Both the position numbers and the translations under genes were made by a program. Source: an uncultured Saprospiraceae bacterium (GTDB taxonomy: Bacteria > Bacteroidota > Bacteroidia > Chitinophagales > Saprospiraceae). Taken from it: a stretch of DNA of 64,000 nucleotides. The notes under the pieces are model-generated. The model worked only from the letters and a program-made list of their open reading frames with translations. It ran no database searches and was not told the DNA's origin. Within the stretch, counting starts at the first letter, position 1. Each line of letters begins with the position of its first letter. Location of the stretch: contig CAYPID010000002.1 in assembly GCA_964410725.1 (NCBI GenBank), positions 118,867-182,866 on the forward strand, written 5' to 3'. Of this stretch, positions 1-8,985 are shown in pieces.

Positions 1-1443
1 AATGGCTAATGACAAAGTAGTTTGCTGGAATAATTGTGGCATTTCTTGAAGATTTTCGGGATTTACTTTTCCTCCTACTATTCCTGCAATCAAATTACCC
101 AAGGCTGTTCCAAAAAACCACACCCCCATCATTTGCCCAGCAAATTTTTTAGGTGCTAGTTTGGTCATTGAGGAAAGGCCAACCGGACTCAAGCACAACT
201 CTCCAACCGTTTGGAAAAAATAAGATCCTATTAACCACATGGCAGAAACCTTAATCAAGCCATTGCCATCTACCACTATATTAGCGGCAAAAATCATCAA
301 CAAAAACCCAATAGCTGTAAAGGCTAAGCCCATAGAAAATTTAGCTGGACTTGACAAATTAATTCCCTTATTGCTCAATGTTACCCACAAAGCTGCAAAA
401 AGAGGTGCTAGGGTAATGATGAAAAAGGAATTAAATGATTGAAACCATAAAGCAGGTACTTCCCACCCCAGAATTGTTCTATTGGTAAAATCCGAAGCGA
501 ATAAATTTAATGAAGTAGGTGCTTGTTCAAATGCCGCCCAAAAAATCATAGAAAATAAAAACAAGACCATTATTACGCCCACTCTCTTTAATTCATTCTT
601 ATTTAAGCCCCCCAAAACAAATACATATAAAAAATAAATGACGGCAAGTATGGCCATTATATAACTCATATTGTGAGCCAATGAAACTGCATTTATTTCA
701 ATCATTCCGAAGGAAGATAAACCTACAACTAGTGCTAGTGCAACTATAAATACCCACAATCCTAATTTAATTTTCTTTTCCTGGGCTTGGTTGATTTCTG
801 GATCTGGATGTTTGGAAGGAGCTTCCAAACCTAAATCATCTAATGTCTTGGGAGCTTGGAAATAAAACCAAAGCAAACCAAACAGCATCCCAACTCCTGC
901 GGCACCGAAACCCCAATGCCATCCAATTTTTTCACCCAAAAGACCCGTAGTTATTTGACCTAAAAACGAACCAATATTAATTCCCATATAAAAAATAGTA
1001 AATCCCCCATCTCTTCTTGCACCGCCCTCAGGATAAAGATCTCCTACAATTGCAGAAATATTGGGTTTGAGTAACCCTGTTCCAAGCACAATGAATACTA
1101 ATCCAACAAAGAAAGTTGTCTGTGAAAATACAGCTGAAAGTGCAATAGCCAAATGTCCAATTGTGATGAGTACTGCCCCTATCATAATTGATTTTCTTAA
1201 CCCCCATAGGCGGTCTGCAATCCATCCTCCGGGCAGGGAAGCTAAATATACGCTTGCCGCATAAATGCCGACTATAGATGAAGCTGTGGTTCTATCAAAT
1301 CCAAAACCCCCATCGTGTAGGGCGGCAGCCATAAACAAAACCAACAATGGCCTTAACCCATAATAGGAAAAGCGCTCCCACATTTCAGTAAAAAATAAAG
1401 TTGATAATCCCCTCGGGTGCCCAAAAAAGCCAGTATTTTTCAT
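1..1443 (-). CDS. Proton-dependent oligopeptide transporter (POT/PTR2 family di-/tripeptide permease); partial, 3' end runs off the window start
   Basis: Absent from the ORF track because there is no stop inside the window. My translation of the minus strand from ATG 1443..1441 gives MKNTGFFGHPRGLSTLFFTEMWERFSYYGLRPLLVLFM..., then GTGLLKPNISAIVGDLY, FYMGINIGSFLG and FEQAPTSLNLFA (PTR2 signature motifs). The frame stays open for 481 codons to nt 1. Confidence 0.85.
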   Translation of the reverse strand, partial: MKNTGFFGHPRGLSTLFFTEMWERFSYYGLRPLLVLFMAAALHDGGFGFDRTTASSIVGIYAASVYLASLPGGWIADRLWGLRKSIMIGAVLITIGHLAIALSAVFSQTTFFVGLVFIVLGTGLLKPNISAIVGDLYPEGGARRDGGFTIFYMGINIGSFLGQITTGLLGEKIGWHWGFGAAGVGMLFGLLWFYFQAPKTLDDLGLEAPSKHPDPEINQAQEKKIKLGLWVFIVALALVVGLSSFGMIEINAVSLAHNMSYIMAILAVIYFLYVFVLGGLNKNELKRVGVIMVLFLFSMIFWAAFEQAPTSLNLFASDFTNRTILGWEVPALWFQSFNSFFIITLAPLFAALWVTLSNKGINLSSPAKFSMGLAFTAIGFLLMIFAANIVVDGNGLIKVSAMWLIGSYFFQTVGELCLSPVGLSSMTKLAPKKFAGQMMGVWFFGTALGNLIAGIVGGKVNPENLQEMPQLFQQTTLSLAI

Positions 1444-1480
1444 TTTCGTTTTGATTAATATTCAAAACCAAAATAACAAA

Positions 1481-2254
1481 TTATCGGGTTTCTTTAAGAA
1501 TCACTTTTAATGAACCAACTGAAATTGGTGTTTCAATCAATAATGGCACCCTTTTCTCATCTTGAGTTACCCAGATTTTCATGTCTGTATTTTGCCTAAA
1601 GTAAAACCCCTCCTTTACATTTGGCCTCAGTTCTAAAGTTGAGAATACCCCTAAACCCTTTATTTTATGCTTTTCTTTAAAGGCGCCTACCGATATTTCA
1701 AGTGGCCACGAAGATCGATCAATAAAAATACTTGCAGGAATTATGGAAGGTCCAGCCTCCTCTTCATAATTCAAGTTACGTGCATAATAAATAATAGATA
1801 AAATATCTTGAATACAATGGTCTACCTCAAATAGACTGTCTTGTAGATTGTTTTTGTTTTTTCCTCTAAAAGAAGTAACTGTGCGCTCGTTTCTATTGAA
1901 CAATAGGCTATCGTATAAAGTAAATTTACCTTCTTGAATATCTCGGACAGCGCTTATAGGCATTAAATCGACCTTATTGACAACAGTTTCGTACCGATCT
2001 CTGACTTTAAAAAACCAATCATAAGATGGGTAAGTAGTTCCTATGGCCGTAATTTTATAAGCGGCTTCCTCCTCTTTTACCTTAAAGACTACTTCTCCTG
2101 CTCCAATCCATACAAAATTCCAATTGTAATAAATTTTATATACTAAGGTTTCTCCATCCACAATAGAAGTATTTTCTAATCCGCAGTCAATGGGCGAATT
2201 GTTATTAAGATTTAATAATGGGAACAGTAAAACCAAAAAAACATTAAAAATCAT
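1481..2254 (-). CDS. DUF3108-like protein (secreted, unknown function)
   Basis: 257-aa ORF with a hydrophobic N-terminus. YKIYYNWNFVWIGAGEVVF and the C-terminal PLLIETPISVGSLKVIL resemble the DUF3108 family as I remember it. No catalytic motif seen. Confidence 0.55.
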   Translation of the reverse strand: MIFNVFLVLLFPLLNLNNNSPIDCGLENTSIVDGETLVYKIYYNWNFVWIGAGEVVFKVKEEEAAYKITAIGTTYPSYDWFFKVRDRYETVVNKVDLMPISAVRDIQEGKFTLYDSLLFNRNERTVTSFRGKNKNNLQDSLFEVDHCIQDILSIIYYARNLNYEEEAGPSIIPASIFIDRSSWPLEISVGAFKEKHKIKGLGVFSTLELRPNVKEGFYFRQNTDMKIWVTQDEKRVPLLIETPISVGSLKVILKETR

Positions 2255-2301
2255 TTATCAACTTTTTGTTTTATGTAAACGCTTCCAAAGGGGAAAAAGG
2301 A

Positions 2302-2309
2302 TATATTTG
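2302..2309 (+). promoter_or_regulatory. Candidate Bacteroidota -7 promoter box (ruvC)
   Basis: TATATTTG matches TAnnTTTG, with 15 nt between the box and the ruvC ATG. Confidence 0.4.
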
Positions 2310-2324
2310 AAGGATAATTTTAAT

Positions 2325-2891
2325 ATGAAAAAATCTGATTCCATTATACTAGGGGTAGATCCAGGAACTAATATTTTAGGGTTTTGTATCATCCAGGTAG
2401 AAGACAAAGCGATTCGATTAATTGAAATGAGTGTTTTACAGTTGCGCGGATTTCCCGATCACCAGCAAAAACTCAAACAGATCTACGAACGGTTACAATC
2501 TATTATTGACCGTCATCAACCTAATGAGATGGCGATTGAAGCTCCTTTTTATGCGAAGAATCCTCAATCATTATTAAAACTAGGACGGGCACAAGGTGTA
2601 GCCATAGCAGCAGCTGTAGCAAAAAATTTAAAGGTTTGGGAATATGCCCCTAAAAAAATTAAACAATCTATCACAGGAAATGGGAACGCGACCAAAGAGC
2701 AAGTAGCTGCTATGCTTCAACAAATTCTAAACATTCCCATCAACCACCAATTTCTCGATGCTACAGACGCTTTAGCAACTGCAGTCTGTCATACTTATCA
2801 ACAAGGGTCACCTCAATTTGGAAACGGCGAAAAATTTACGTCTTGGGAAGCATTTTTAAATGCCAATCCTTCAAGAAAAAAAGCACTCTAA
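2325..2891 (+). CDS. ruvC: Crossover junction endodeoxyribonuclease RuvC
   Basis: Track ORF is 2190..2891. The conserved RuvC N-terminus begins at ATG 2325 (MKKSDSIILGVDPGTNILGFCII). The longer ORF would overlap the divergent gene, so I trimmed it. Confidence 0.9.
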   Translation: MKKSDSIILGVDPGTNILGFCIIQVEDKAIRLIEMSVLQLRGFPDHQQKLKQIYERLQSIIDRHQPNEMAIEAPFYAKNPQSLLKLGRAQGVAIAAAVAKNLKVWEYAPKKIKQSITGNGNATKEQVAAMLQQILNIPINHQFLDATDALATAVCHTYQQGSPQFGNGEKFTSWEAFLNANPSRKKAL

Positions 2892-2896
2892 ATCTA

Positions 2897-3292
2897 CTAT
2901 TCAAAGTTATTTTGAATGGTTTTTGCAATGCTTTCCATTTCATCGGAATTTACCTCAACTGGTGGTTTGGTAAAATTAATATCCCCGACCGTTTGTAGTG
3001 GCACCAAATGAATATGAACATGGGGAACTTCTAATCCAATTACTGCTATTCCAACTCGCTTGCAAGGTATTGAAGCTTCTACAGCTTTGGCGACTTTTTT
3101 AGAAAAAACCATCAGATTAGATAAGGCTGAATCTTCTAAATCGAAAATATAATCTATCTCCATTTTGGGGATAACTAAAGTATGGCCCTTTTGTAGTGGT
3201 CTAATATCTAAAAAAGCATAGTGGTATTCATCTTCAGCTATTCTGTATGAAGGGATTTCACCATTTAATATTTTGGAAAAGATACTGGGCAT
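2897..3292 (-). CDS. HIT (histidine triad) family protein
   Basis: 131 aa with histidine-triad motif HVHIHLVP. Its ATG shares one base with the greA stop (TAATG on the minus strand at 3290-3294), implying translational coupling. Confidence 0.9.
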   Translation of the reverse strand: MPSIFSKILNGEIPSYRIAEDEYHYAFLDIRPLQKGHTLVIPKMEIDYIFDLEDSALSNLMVFSKKVAKAVEASIPCKRVGIAVIGLEVPHVHIHLVPLQTVGDINFTKPPVEVNSDEMESIAKTIQNNFE

Positions 3293-3765
3293 TAGAAAAA
3301 TATTTCAACGATTTCAAATTCAATGGAACCTGCCGGAGTTGACACTAAGGCTATTTCGCCTACCTTTTTTCCTAATAAACCTGCACCCATTGGACTGTTA
3401 ACTGATATCTTTTTAGCTTTTAAATCTGCTTCAGATTCGCTGACTAGTTTATAAGTTAACTCCTTTTTAGTCTTTAAATTTCTTATGGTGACATTAGAAA
3501 GGACTGTGACTTTTGAATTGTCCAATTCACTTGTATCTAAAATTCGAGCATTAGATAAAACTTTTTCAAGTTCGTTTATTTTAAGCTCTAACATTCCTTG
3601 TGCATCTTTAGCTGCATCGTATTCCGCATTTTCTGACAAATCCCCCTTTTCTCTAGCTTCTGCAATTGCCTTTGCGACATCTGATCTACCCTTGGTTTTC
3701 AATTCCTCCAGTTCGATTTTTATTTTCTCGAAGCCTTCTTTGGTTAAATAATTAATACCCGACAT
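3292..3765 (-). CDS. greA: Transcription elongation factor GreA
   Basis: Track ORF is 3292..3810. The GreA-like N-terminus MSGINYLTKEGFEKIKIELEELK starts at ATG 3765. The coiled-coil N-domain and C-terminal GreA/GreB domain pattern are present. Confidence 0.9.
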   Translation of the reverse strand: MSGINYLTKEGFEKIKIELEELKTKGRSDVAKAIAEAREKGDLSENAEYDAAKDAQGMLELKINELEKVLSNARILDTSELDNSKVTVLSNVTIRNLKTKKELTYKLVSESEADLKAKKISVNSPMGAGLLGKKVGEIALVSTPAGSIEFEIVEIFF

Positions 3766-3905
3766 TTTCATCATTTTATTAAACAAAAAATTCCAAACCC
3801 GAATCACCATTGCTCAGGCTTGAAAAATTAATTTTTTACTGGAAAAACATTTTGCCAATTTTAGTAACTGACAATTCTAGTTATAGGCTACTTTGATTTA
3901 TTGTA

Positions 3906-3913
3906 CAAATATA
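3906..3913 (-). promoter_or_regulatory. Candidate -7 box upstream of greA (long leader)
   Basis: Plus-strand CAAATATA equals TATATTTG on the minus strand. It lies 140 nt upstream of the greA ATG and just after the stop of the PorV-like gene. Confidence 0.25.
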
Positions 3914-3921
3914 GTCTATTT

Positions 3922-4980
3922 TTAAAAACCCAATCGCACTCCAAAATTATGAGTTCCATTCCAAATTTTACTTTGCCGATAGGCATAATCAATCCCAATT
4001 GTTAAATCATCATTATCCTTTGAAAGAGGTAAATCAAATCCAAAGCCTGCACTTATCCCAGTGTAAATAGGTTGTTTGACGATGTCATTGGAGCCGAACT
4101 CATATTTATAACCCCCTCGGATAGCAAAAAGTTCTTTGATGCTATATTCAATTCCACCACCAATTTGATCCTGCGAAAATGAATTAGATGTAAAATTGCC
4201 CAATAAAGTTAGCCGATGGACGGCTTTAAAATATAAATCATAGGAAAGACCTATATTAAGCATAGATGGAAGTTCAAAACCTGCTGATCTTTGATCTAAG
4301 GTAAGTTCATATCCTGCACCATTAGGGCTAGGCCGTGCAACTGAAAGGCCCTCTCCTGTATATCTCATTGGAGAGCCAACGTTTCTTAAGGAAATACCAA
4401 ATTTGAAATTATCCTTGGGTCCACTTACATATTGAATTCCAGCATCAACGGCTAATCCAAAAGCAGATACATTGGAAATAGATTGAGAAATACCTCTCAA
4501 CGTAAGTCCGACAGATACTTTGTTTTCAAATGTTTTAGTATAGCTTAAACCAATATTAACCAACCTAGGGGAAAATACCCCACCTGTACCTTCAGGTTGA
4601 TTAGTAGTTGTGATTGGAATATCCCCAAAATCTAAAGTCATTATACTCATTCCCAATACCCCTGTAGGACTCGTCCTGGCTCCAAAACCAATGGCATTCA
4701 TTGCTATTTCTGTACCCTGGAGATAATTAGCATAACTTGCAGCAACTTCAAATTGGTTGATTCTCGAAAGTCCGGCTACATTTAGCCTTAAGGATTCTAC
4801 TCCTTGTATGCAACTGGTATTCATGGTGTGCAATCCGGCACTTCTTGCCCAAGGATTCATCAACAATTCATAAGCTCCTGCCTCGCCTTGACGATCGGGG
4901 TTGCCTGCAATAGATTGGCCAACTTGGTATACCAAGATTAATATCAATAAGCCTATTTCTTTTCTTCCAAGTACCAGCAT
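3922..4980 (-). CDS. PorV/PorQ-family-like (FadL-like) outer-membrane beta-barrel protein
   Basis: 352 aa with a signal-like N-terminus. The N-proximal motif AYELLMNPWARSAGLHTMNT...LRLNVAGLS fits the ...AR(S/A)xG...NPAGL pattern I recall for PorV/PorQ-type barrels. It has alternating beta-strand character throughout and ends in an aromatic residue (RLGF). It lies 15 bp downstream of the 1324-aa gene. Confidence 0.5.
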   Translation of the reverse strand: MLVLGRKEIGLLILILVYQVGQSIAGNPDRQGEAGAYELLMNPWARSAGLHTMNTSCIQGVESLRLNVAGLSRINQFEVAASYANYLQGTEIAMNAIGFGARTSPTGVLGMSIMTLDFGDIPITTTNQPEGTGGVFSPRLVNIGLSYTKTFENKVSVGLTLRGISQSISNVSAFGLAVDAGIQYVSGPKDNFKFGISLRNVGSPMRYTGEGLSVARPSPNGAGYELTLDQRSAGFELPSMLNIGLSYDLYFKAVHRLTLLGNFTSNSFSQDQIGGGIEYSIKELFAIRGGYKYEFGSNDIVKQPIYTGISAGFGFDLPLSKDNDDLTIGIDYAYRQSKIWNGTHNFGVRLGF

Positions 4981-4995
4981 GGTCCTAACTATTTA

Positions 4996-7900
4996 TCACA
5001 GTCCCGAAGGATCAAATTTTCTATTAATTCCAAACCATTTAAGGGTTCTCTGACCTAACTGATCAGCGTCAATATGAATCAAATATACTCCTGCCGCGAT
5101 AGGAATGCCACTACTATTTTTCATATCCCACTCCAAATCTGGCAGAATTTGGTTTTCCAACAAAGCCCTATTGGCTCCCCTGGGAATACTTCCAGTTTCG
5201 TTTCGATTGTACTGACGGATAAATTTGCCATCTAACGTATAAATCGTTACGGTACAGACTGCTGGCAAGTTGGTAATTTTAACTGTATTTACAAATTGGG
5301 AAACCTCATAATCAGAAAATCCTAAGTAAGGATTGGGAACAGCCTTGATTTTGTCTAAGGATTCATCCACGAATAATTGATCTGGATCCCCTGCCTCCTT
5401 ATTAATAATACTGAATTGGTAGGAAGGATAACCATTGTATTCTCCTGTTCCTACGGCGGTTTTATAACTATTGTCAACTCTTAGTTGAATCGTTAACTCC
5501 TCTGGGATTAAACCCTCTGCATAACTTCGCATTTGGGTACCAGTCGCCATCATAGGGAAACCAGCCCATGTGATTTCTCTTAAGGCAGCTACCTTGAATA
5601 AACTTGGCAAAGTAGACCTTAATCTAGATCTCAACTGAGCACATTCATCATATGGAGTTTTAGTCACATAAATAAAATGTTGTCCTCCAGCTAAATACTC
5701 ATATGCTAATCCAGATACTCCACCTAATGGTAGTAATAATTGTGAAGTGGGATTAAACATCATATCAGCTCCTGTTGGCTTTCCATCATAAGATTCTGGA
5801 AAAAATGTCCCATCATATGAGGAATTTTCTCCAAAGAAAATATTTAACCTTTCCCCTGTTTCAACGTCTATGGCGTATCCTGGAAACCACCCCATTCCAG
5901 TCCCTGGGTCTTCAGTATCAATATCTGGAAGGCCATCTCCATTGTTATCGTCTTTAGTGACATTTTGGCCAGACCTTAAATCAAATTGCTTACGTTCTTC
6001 TTGACCTAAGAAACCTTCAGACTCGTAGTAGGCATTCGCAGTTTCTACTATGACGCATCTACTCCATTTTGATTTATCAGGAGTTAAAACTATATCTACA
6101 TTATTCAAATCGCTTAATTCAGCTTGCGAGCGAACGATTGAATTTCCACTTACGTTGGTCCATGCTGGCGTAATATAAGGCAAGTTATCGCCAGCTCGAG
6201 TTCTATAATTGTCAATCATATAGGGAGTGAAAAAACCTGGCCCAATATTATTGAAGGATTGATTCGGGTCTAGTGGGGCATCCTCCTCTCCTGGTGAATT
6301 AATCACATAATCAAAAATAACATCATCTAAGAAAGAATTACCAGGTACCCAACCATCAGGAATGCCCGTTAACCATTCCTCGGCATCTGGATTACTGTAT
6401 TCAATTTCCATTCCTAAGACGCCGTTCTTTGTGTTGAGTTTGTCGCCAGGCTCTCCAGTTTGCCCAATGGTAACGGTAAATCCAAATTCCTTGATGATTT
6501 GCTCATTCAATCTATCGATGGATCCCTCTGAAATTACCAGGGGCGCACTAGGATTGGTCAGGCTTTTTAATTGCCACGTTACTTGTTCATCTAAAACGTC
6601 ATTATCCATATTTTCATCCCGCATAGTCAACTCATAAGTACCATCCACCACATCCAATGGATTGAAAATTGTTACTTTAATAGGACCAGCTCCCTCGTCA
6701 TAAGTAATTGTTCCATCAAATTCTCCTTTGAGGATTGATTCTTGAGTAGCCTTAGACATTCTAAGAAAATTGCCACCTGCACCTACCCCATCGATTCGTG
6801 TAATAATTGCACCATCACCGTAATTAGCATTTAGTTTTCGATCAACAATAGGCCTGGGAATTACCGTATAATATGGGTTATCTCCATCACCAATATTACG
6901 CCTGCCCTCTAAATAAGGCCTTTTCTGGCCAATTTGCCTTTGTGGATCATATAATTCGTAATTGTTATAGGCATAGGCAACTGCAACAAAATAATATTTT
7001 TTATGATTGATTAATCTTCGGTCTCCTGTTGCAAACTGGTCCTCAGTGATTCGAAAGGAATGCTCAATACCCTGATCCCGTCCCTCTACCATTAATTGAG
7101 GTACAAACAACTCCTCTGAAGTAGGATTGTCAGTACTTACCCAATTGAAAATCCGATTCACCCCATTAGTCACATCTGCCTGAAAAATCAACCGGGCTTT
7201 ATCTGGGTTATCAAAATCAGCAGTAGTGACATCAGAAGAGGCCAATTGGTAAAGCTTATATCCCTCAAACTCATACAGTGAATCAGCTACACCAGCTGGA
7301 ATTTGTAAGCCTTTTTGAGCATATGCTTCGAAGGCATTATTAGAAACAATTGTGTCATTCGTAAAAATTGCAATAATTTCCTTGTCCAATGCTATGAAAT
7401 CTACATCTGGTGCATCAGGACCATCTGTAATTTCAAAACAATTATCAAATAAAGCCTGTGCAATATCATCAGCTTCTTGAAGTTTGGCAATACTGGGACA
7501 GGGATAATTTTGATCAGCTACCCATACCGCACCAATGATTAATTCATTAACCGCACCTGGATCTAGTCTGAAGGGGCCCGATGCTTGAATCATTCTCCTA
7601 TCACCGAAAGGCAATCCCGCTGTACACATAGACCATCCGTCTACATCATCGGGAGGATTAGGAAACGCGTATTTAACTGGAATCCCATCCTGATAAGCAT
7701 CGTCACCAAAAGTAAACGGACTACCATCTCTCCAAGATCCCGACAGGTAATTAAAATATTCTTGTGCTGTATTAGGGTCTGTAGTTCCAACAGGAGGAGA
7801 ACCAATTCCACCATTATTGTAATAGGTGAATGAAGACATTCCAATTTCTTCTCCAAATTCATTTAAAGGCCCGCGAAAATAATCTATTCCTAAAATCGGG

Positions 7901-8970
7901 ATTTCTTCACAATAGGTATTGACTCCTCCTTGACAAACGCAACCTGTTTCACCATCAGCAGCATCCTCGTTATAAACATAAGCCAAGTTACGATTCACAT
8001 CACTGCCAATATAATCATCTGTAAAGCAACCTAAGTCTGGGTCAACCCACATCGCAAAATAAGTACTATCTATACTTTCAACCGCCCTATTGATTAATTT
8101 ATACCGCTGGAAAGTCATGTTGTTAATCTCGTCGTTAGTTGCATAAGCAAATGCTTGAACCTGAATCTCCATTTGAATAGGATCTCCTCTGGATTCTGAA
8201 TGAATATTACCAGCATCATTGTAAATCCAAAAAGTCATTTCGTCTGGAAATTGAGGTTGGTCTGTGCATCCACGAATTTCGATAACAGGAAAATCTCCTT
8301 TATCGGGATCATAATTTCCATCCCCATCTTGATCCCAAAAACCAGCAAGACCTTGGGAGGTGTTGGGCAAATCAAACTTATGAATATCCGAAAAAAAACG
8401 ATTTCCTTTGGCTGGCCATCCCCTCACATCTTTAGGAATATCCTCAGGCTGATATTCTATTCCCATTTGCTTGGCAGCTTCCCAATTCCTCAAATGAGTT
8501 TCTATACTTTCACCTTTAACTACAAAGAATTTATCCCACTTGGCACATACATCTTGCTCCGTCTTCCCAGTTTCAGGATCCAAAGGTCCCGGCCAAAAAT
8601 CACTATTGCCACTGGATCTTCCATAGGTCTGAGCCGCAAGTTTTAAATTTCCAGCTGGATCAACACCCCCTAACCAAACCGCACCAGTAAAAATAGCTGA
8701 TACTTCAGGCAAACCCGGAGCAACCTTGGGGACGATATATCTACCATCAGTACCATCCCACCAAACATCCCCGCCAGATAATAATCGAGCTCTTACATTA
8801 TTAATTGCTTGGTCAACTTGGGCAATCGCATTGTCACAATTTTCCCTAAAACTCACTGTACTGCTACTGCCATTGCGCAATCGCTTGACTATATTGGGGT
8901 TGATATGACTCTTTACGCCTAAAGGCCACCCCATAATAATCACCAATACAACAGATACAATCCTGAACAT
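4996..8970 (-). CDS. Large secreted protein of unknown function with T9SS-CTD-like C-terminal domain
   Basis: 1324 aa. It has a signal-like N-terminus without a lipobox Cys and Asp-rich loops (DQDGDGNYDPDKGD; DDNNGDGLPDIDTEDPG). I could find no HEXXH, serine-protease or C25 His/Cys motifs. The last ~115 aa (VPNPY..VKITNLP..CTVTIYTLDGKFIR..AAGVYLIHI) resemble a type-A T9SS sorting domain. A 15-bp spacer lies on each side. Confidence 0.75.
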   Translation of the reverse strand: MFRIVSVVLVIIMGWPLGVKSHINPNIVKRLRNGSSSTVSFRENCDNAIAQVDQAINNVRARLLSGGDVWWDGTDGRYIVPKVAPGLPEVSAIFTGAVWLGGVDPAGNLKLAAQTYGRSSGNSDFWPGPLDPETGKTEQDVCAKWDKFFVVKGESIETHLRNWEAAKQMGIEYQPEDIPKDVRGWPAKGNRFFSDIHKFDLPNTSQGLAGFWDQDGDGNYDPDKGDFPVIEIRGCTDQPQFPDEMTFWIYNDAGNIHSESRGDPIQMEIQVQAFAYATNDEINNMTFQRYKLINRAVESIDSTYFAMWVDPDLGCFTDDYIGSDVNRNLAYVYNEDAADGETGCVCQGGVNTYCEEIPILGIDYFRGPLNEFGEEIGMSSFTYYNNGGIGSPPVGTTDPNTAQEYFNYLSGSWRDGSPFTFGDDAYQDGIPVKYAFPNPPDDVDGWSMCTAGLPFGDRRMIQASGPFRLDPGAVNELIIGAVWVADQNYPCPSIAKLQEADDIAQALFDNCFEITDGPDAPDVDFIALDKEIIAIFTNDTIVSNNAFEAYAQKGLQIPAGVADSLYEFEGYKLYQLASSDVTTADFDNPDKARLIFQADVTNGVNRIFNWVSTDNPTSEELFVPQLMVEGRDQGIEHSFRITEDQFATGDRRLINHKKYYFVAVAYAYNNYELYDPQRQIGQKRPYLEGRRNIGDGDNPYYTVIPRPIVDRKLNANYGDGAIITRIDGVGAGGNFLRMSKATQESILKGEFDGTITYDEGAGPIKVTIFNPLDVVDGTYELTMRDENMDNDVLDEQVTWQLKSLTNPSAPLVISEGSIDRLNEQIIKEFGFTVTIGQTGEPGDKLNTKNGVLGMEIEYSNPDAEEWLTGIPDGWVPGNSFLDDVIFDYVINSPGEEDAPLDPNQSFNNIGPGFFTPYMIDNYRTRAGDNLPYITPAWTNVSGNSIVRSQAELSDLNNVDIVLTPDKSKWSRCVIVETANAYYESEGFLGQEERKQFDLRSGQNVTKDDNNGDGLPDIDTEDPGTGMGWFPGYAIDVETGERLNIFFGENSSYDGTFFPESYDGKPTGADMMFNPTSQLLLPLGGVSGLAYEYLAGGQHFIYVTKTPYDECAQLRSRLRSTLPSLFKVAALREITWAGFPMMATGTQMRSYAEGLIPEELTIQLRVDNSYKTAVGTGEYNGYPSYQFSIINKEAGDPDQLFVDESLDKIKAVPNPYLGFSDYEVSQFVNTVKITNLPAVCTVTIYTLDGKFIRQYNRNETGSIPRGANRALLENQILPDLEWDMKNSSGIPIAAGVYLIHIDADQLGQRTLKWFGINRKFDPSGL

Positions 8971-8985
8971 ATTTTCCTAGCAATT

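Noticed and set aside
8200-8646. Antisense ORFs of 120-150 aa inside long genes (8200-8646, 24245-24619, 34750-35145, 43480-43845, 36573-36917 and others in the track)
   Set aside because: Each lies wholly inside a CDS with strong homology-type evidence on the opposite strand or in another frame. None shows any motif. Long genes in AT-rich DNA routinely produce such shadows.
3922-8970. Idea that the 1324-aa and 352-aa pair is simply porU-porV
   Set aside because: Size and adjacency fit. However, I could not find the gingipain/C25-type His and Cys catalytic contexts (such as ...AGHG... and ...TA(T/S)C...) in the 1324-aa protein. Its N-terminal region does not resemble PorU as I remember it. 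I keep it as an unassigned protein, and an HMM search would settle this.
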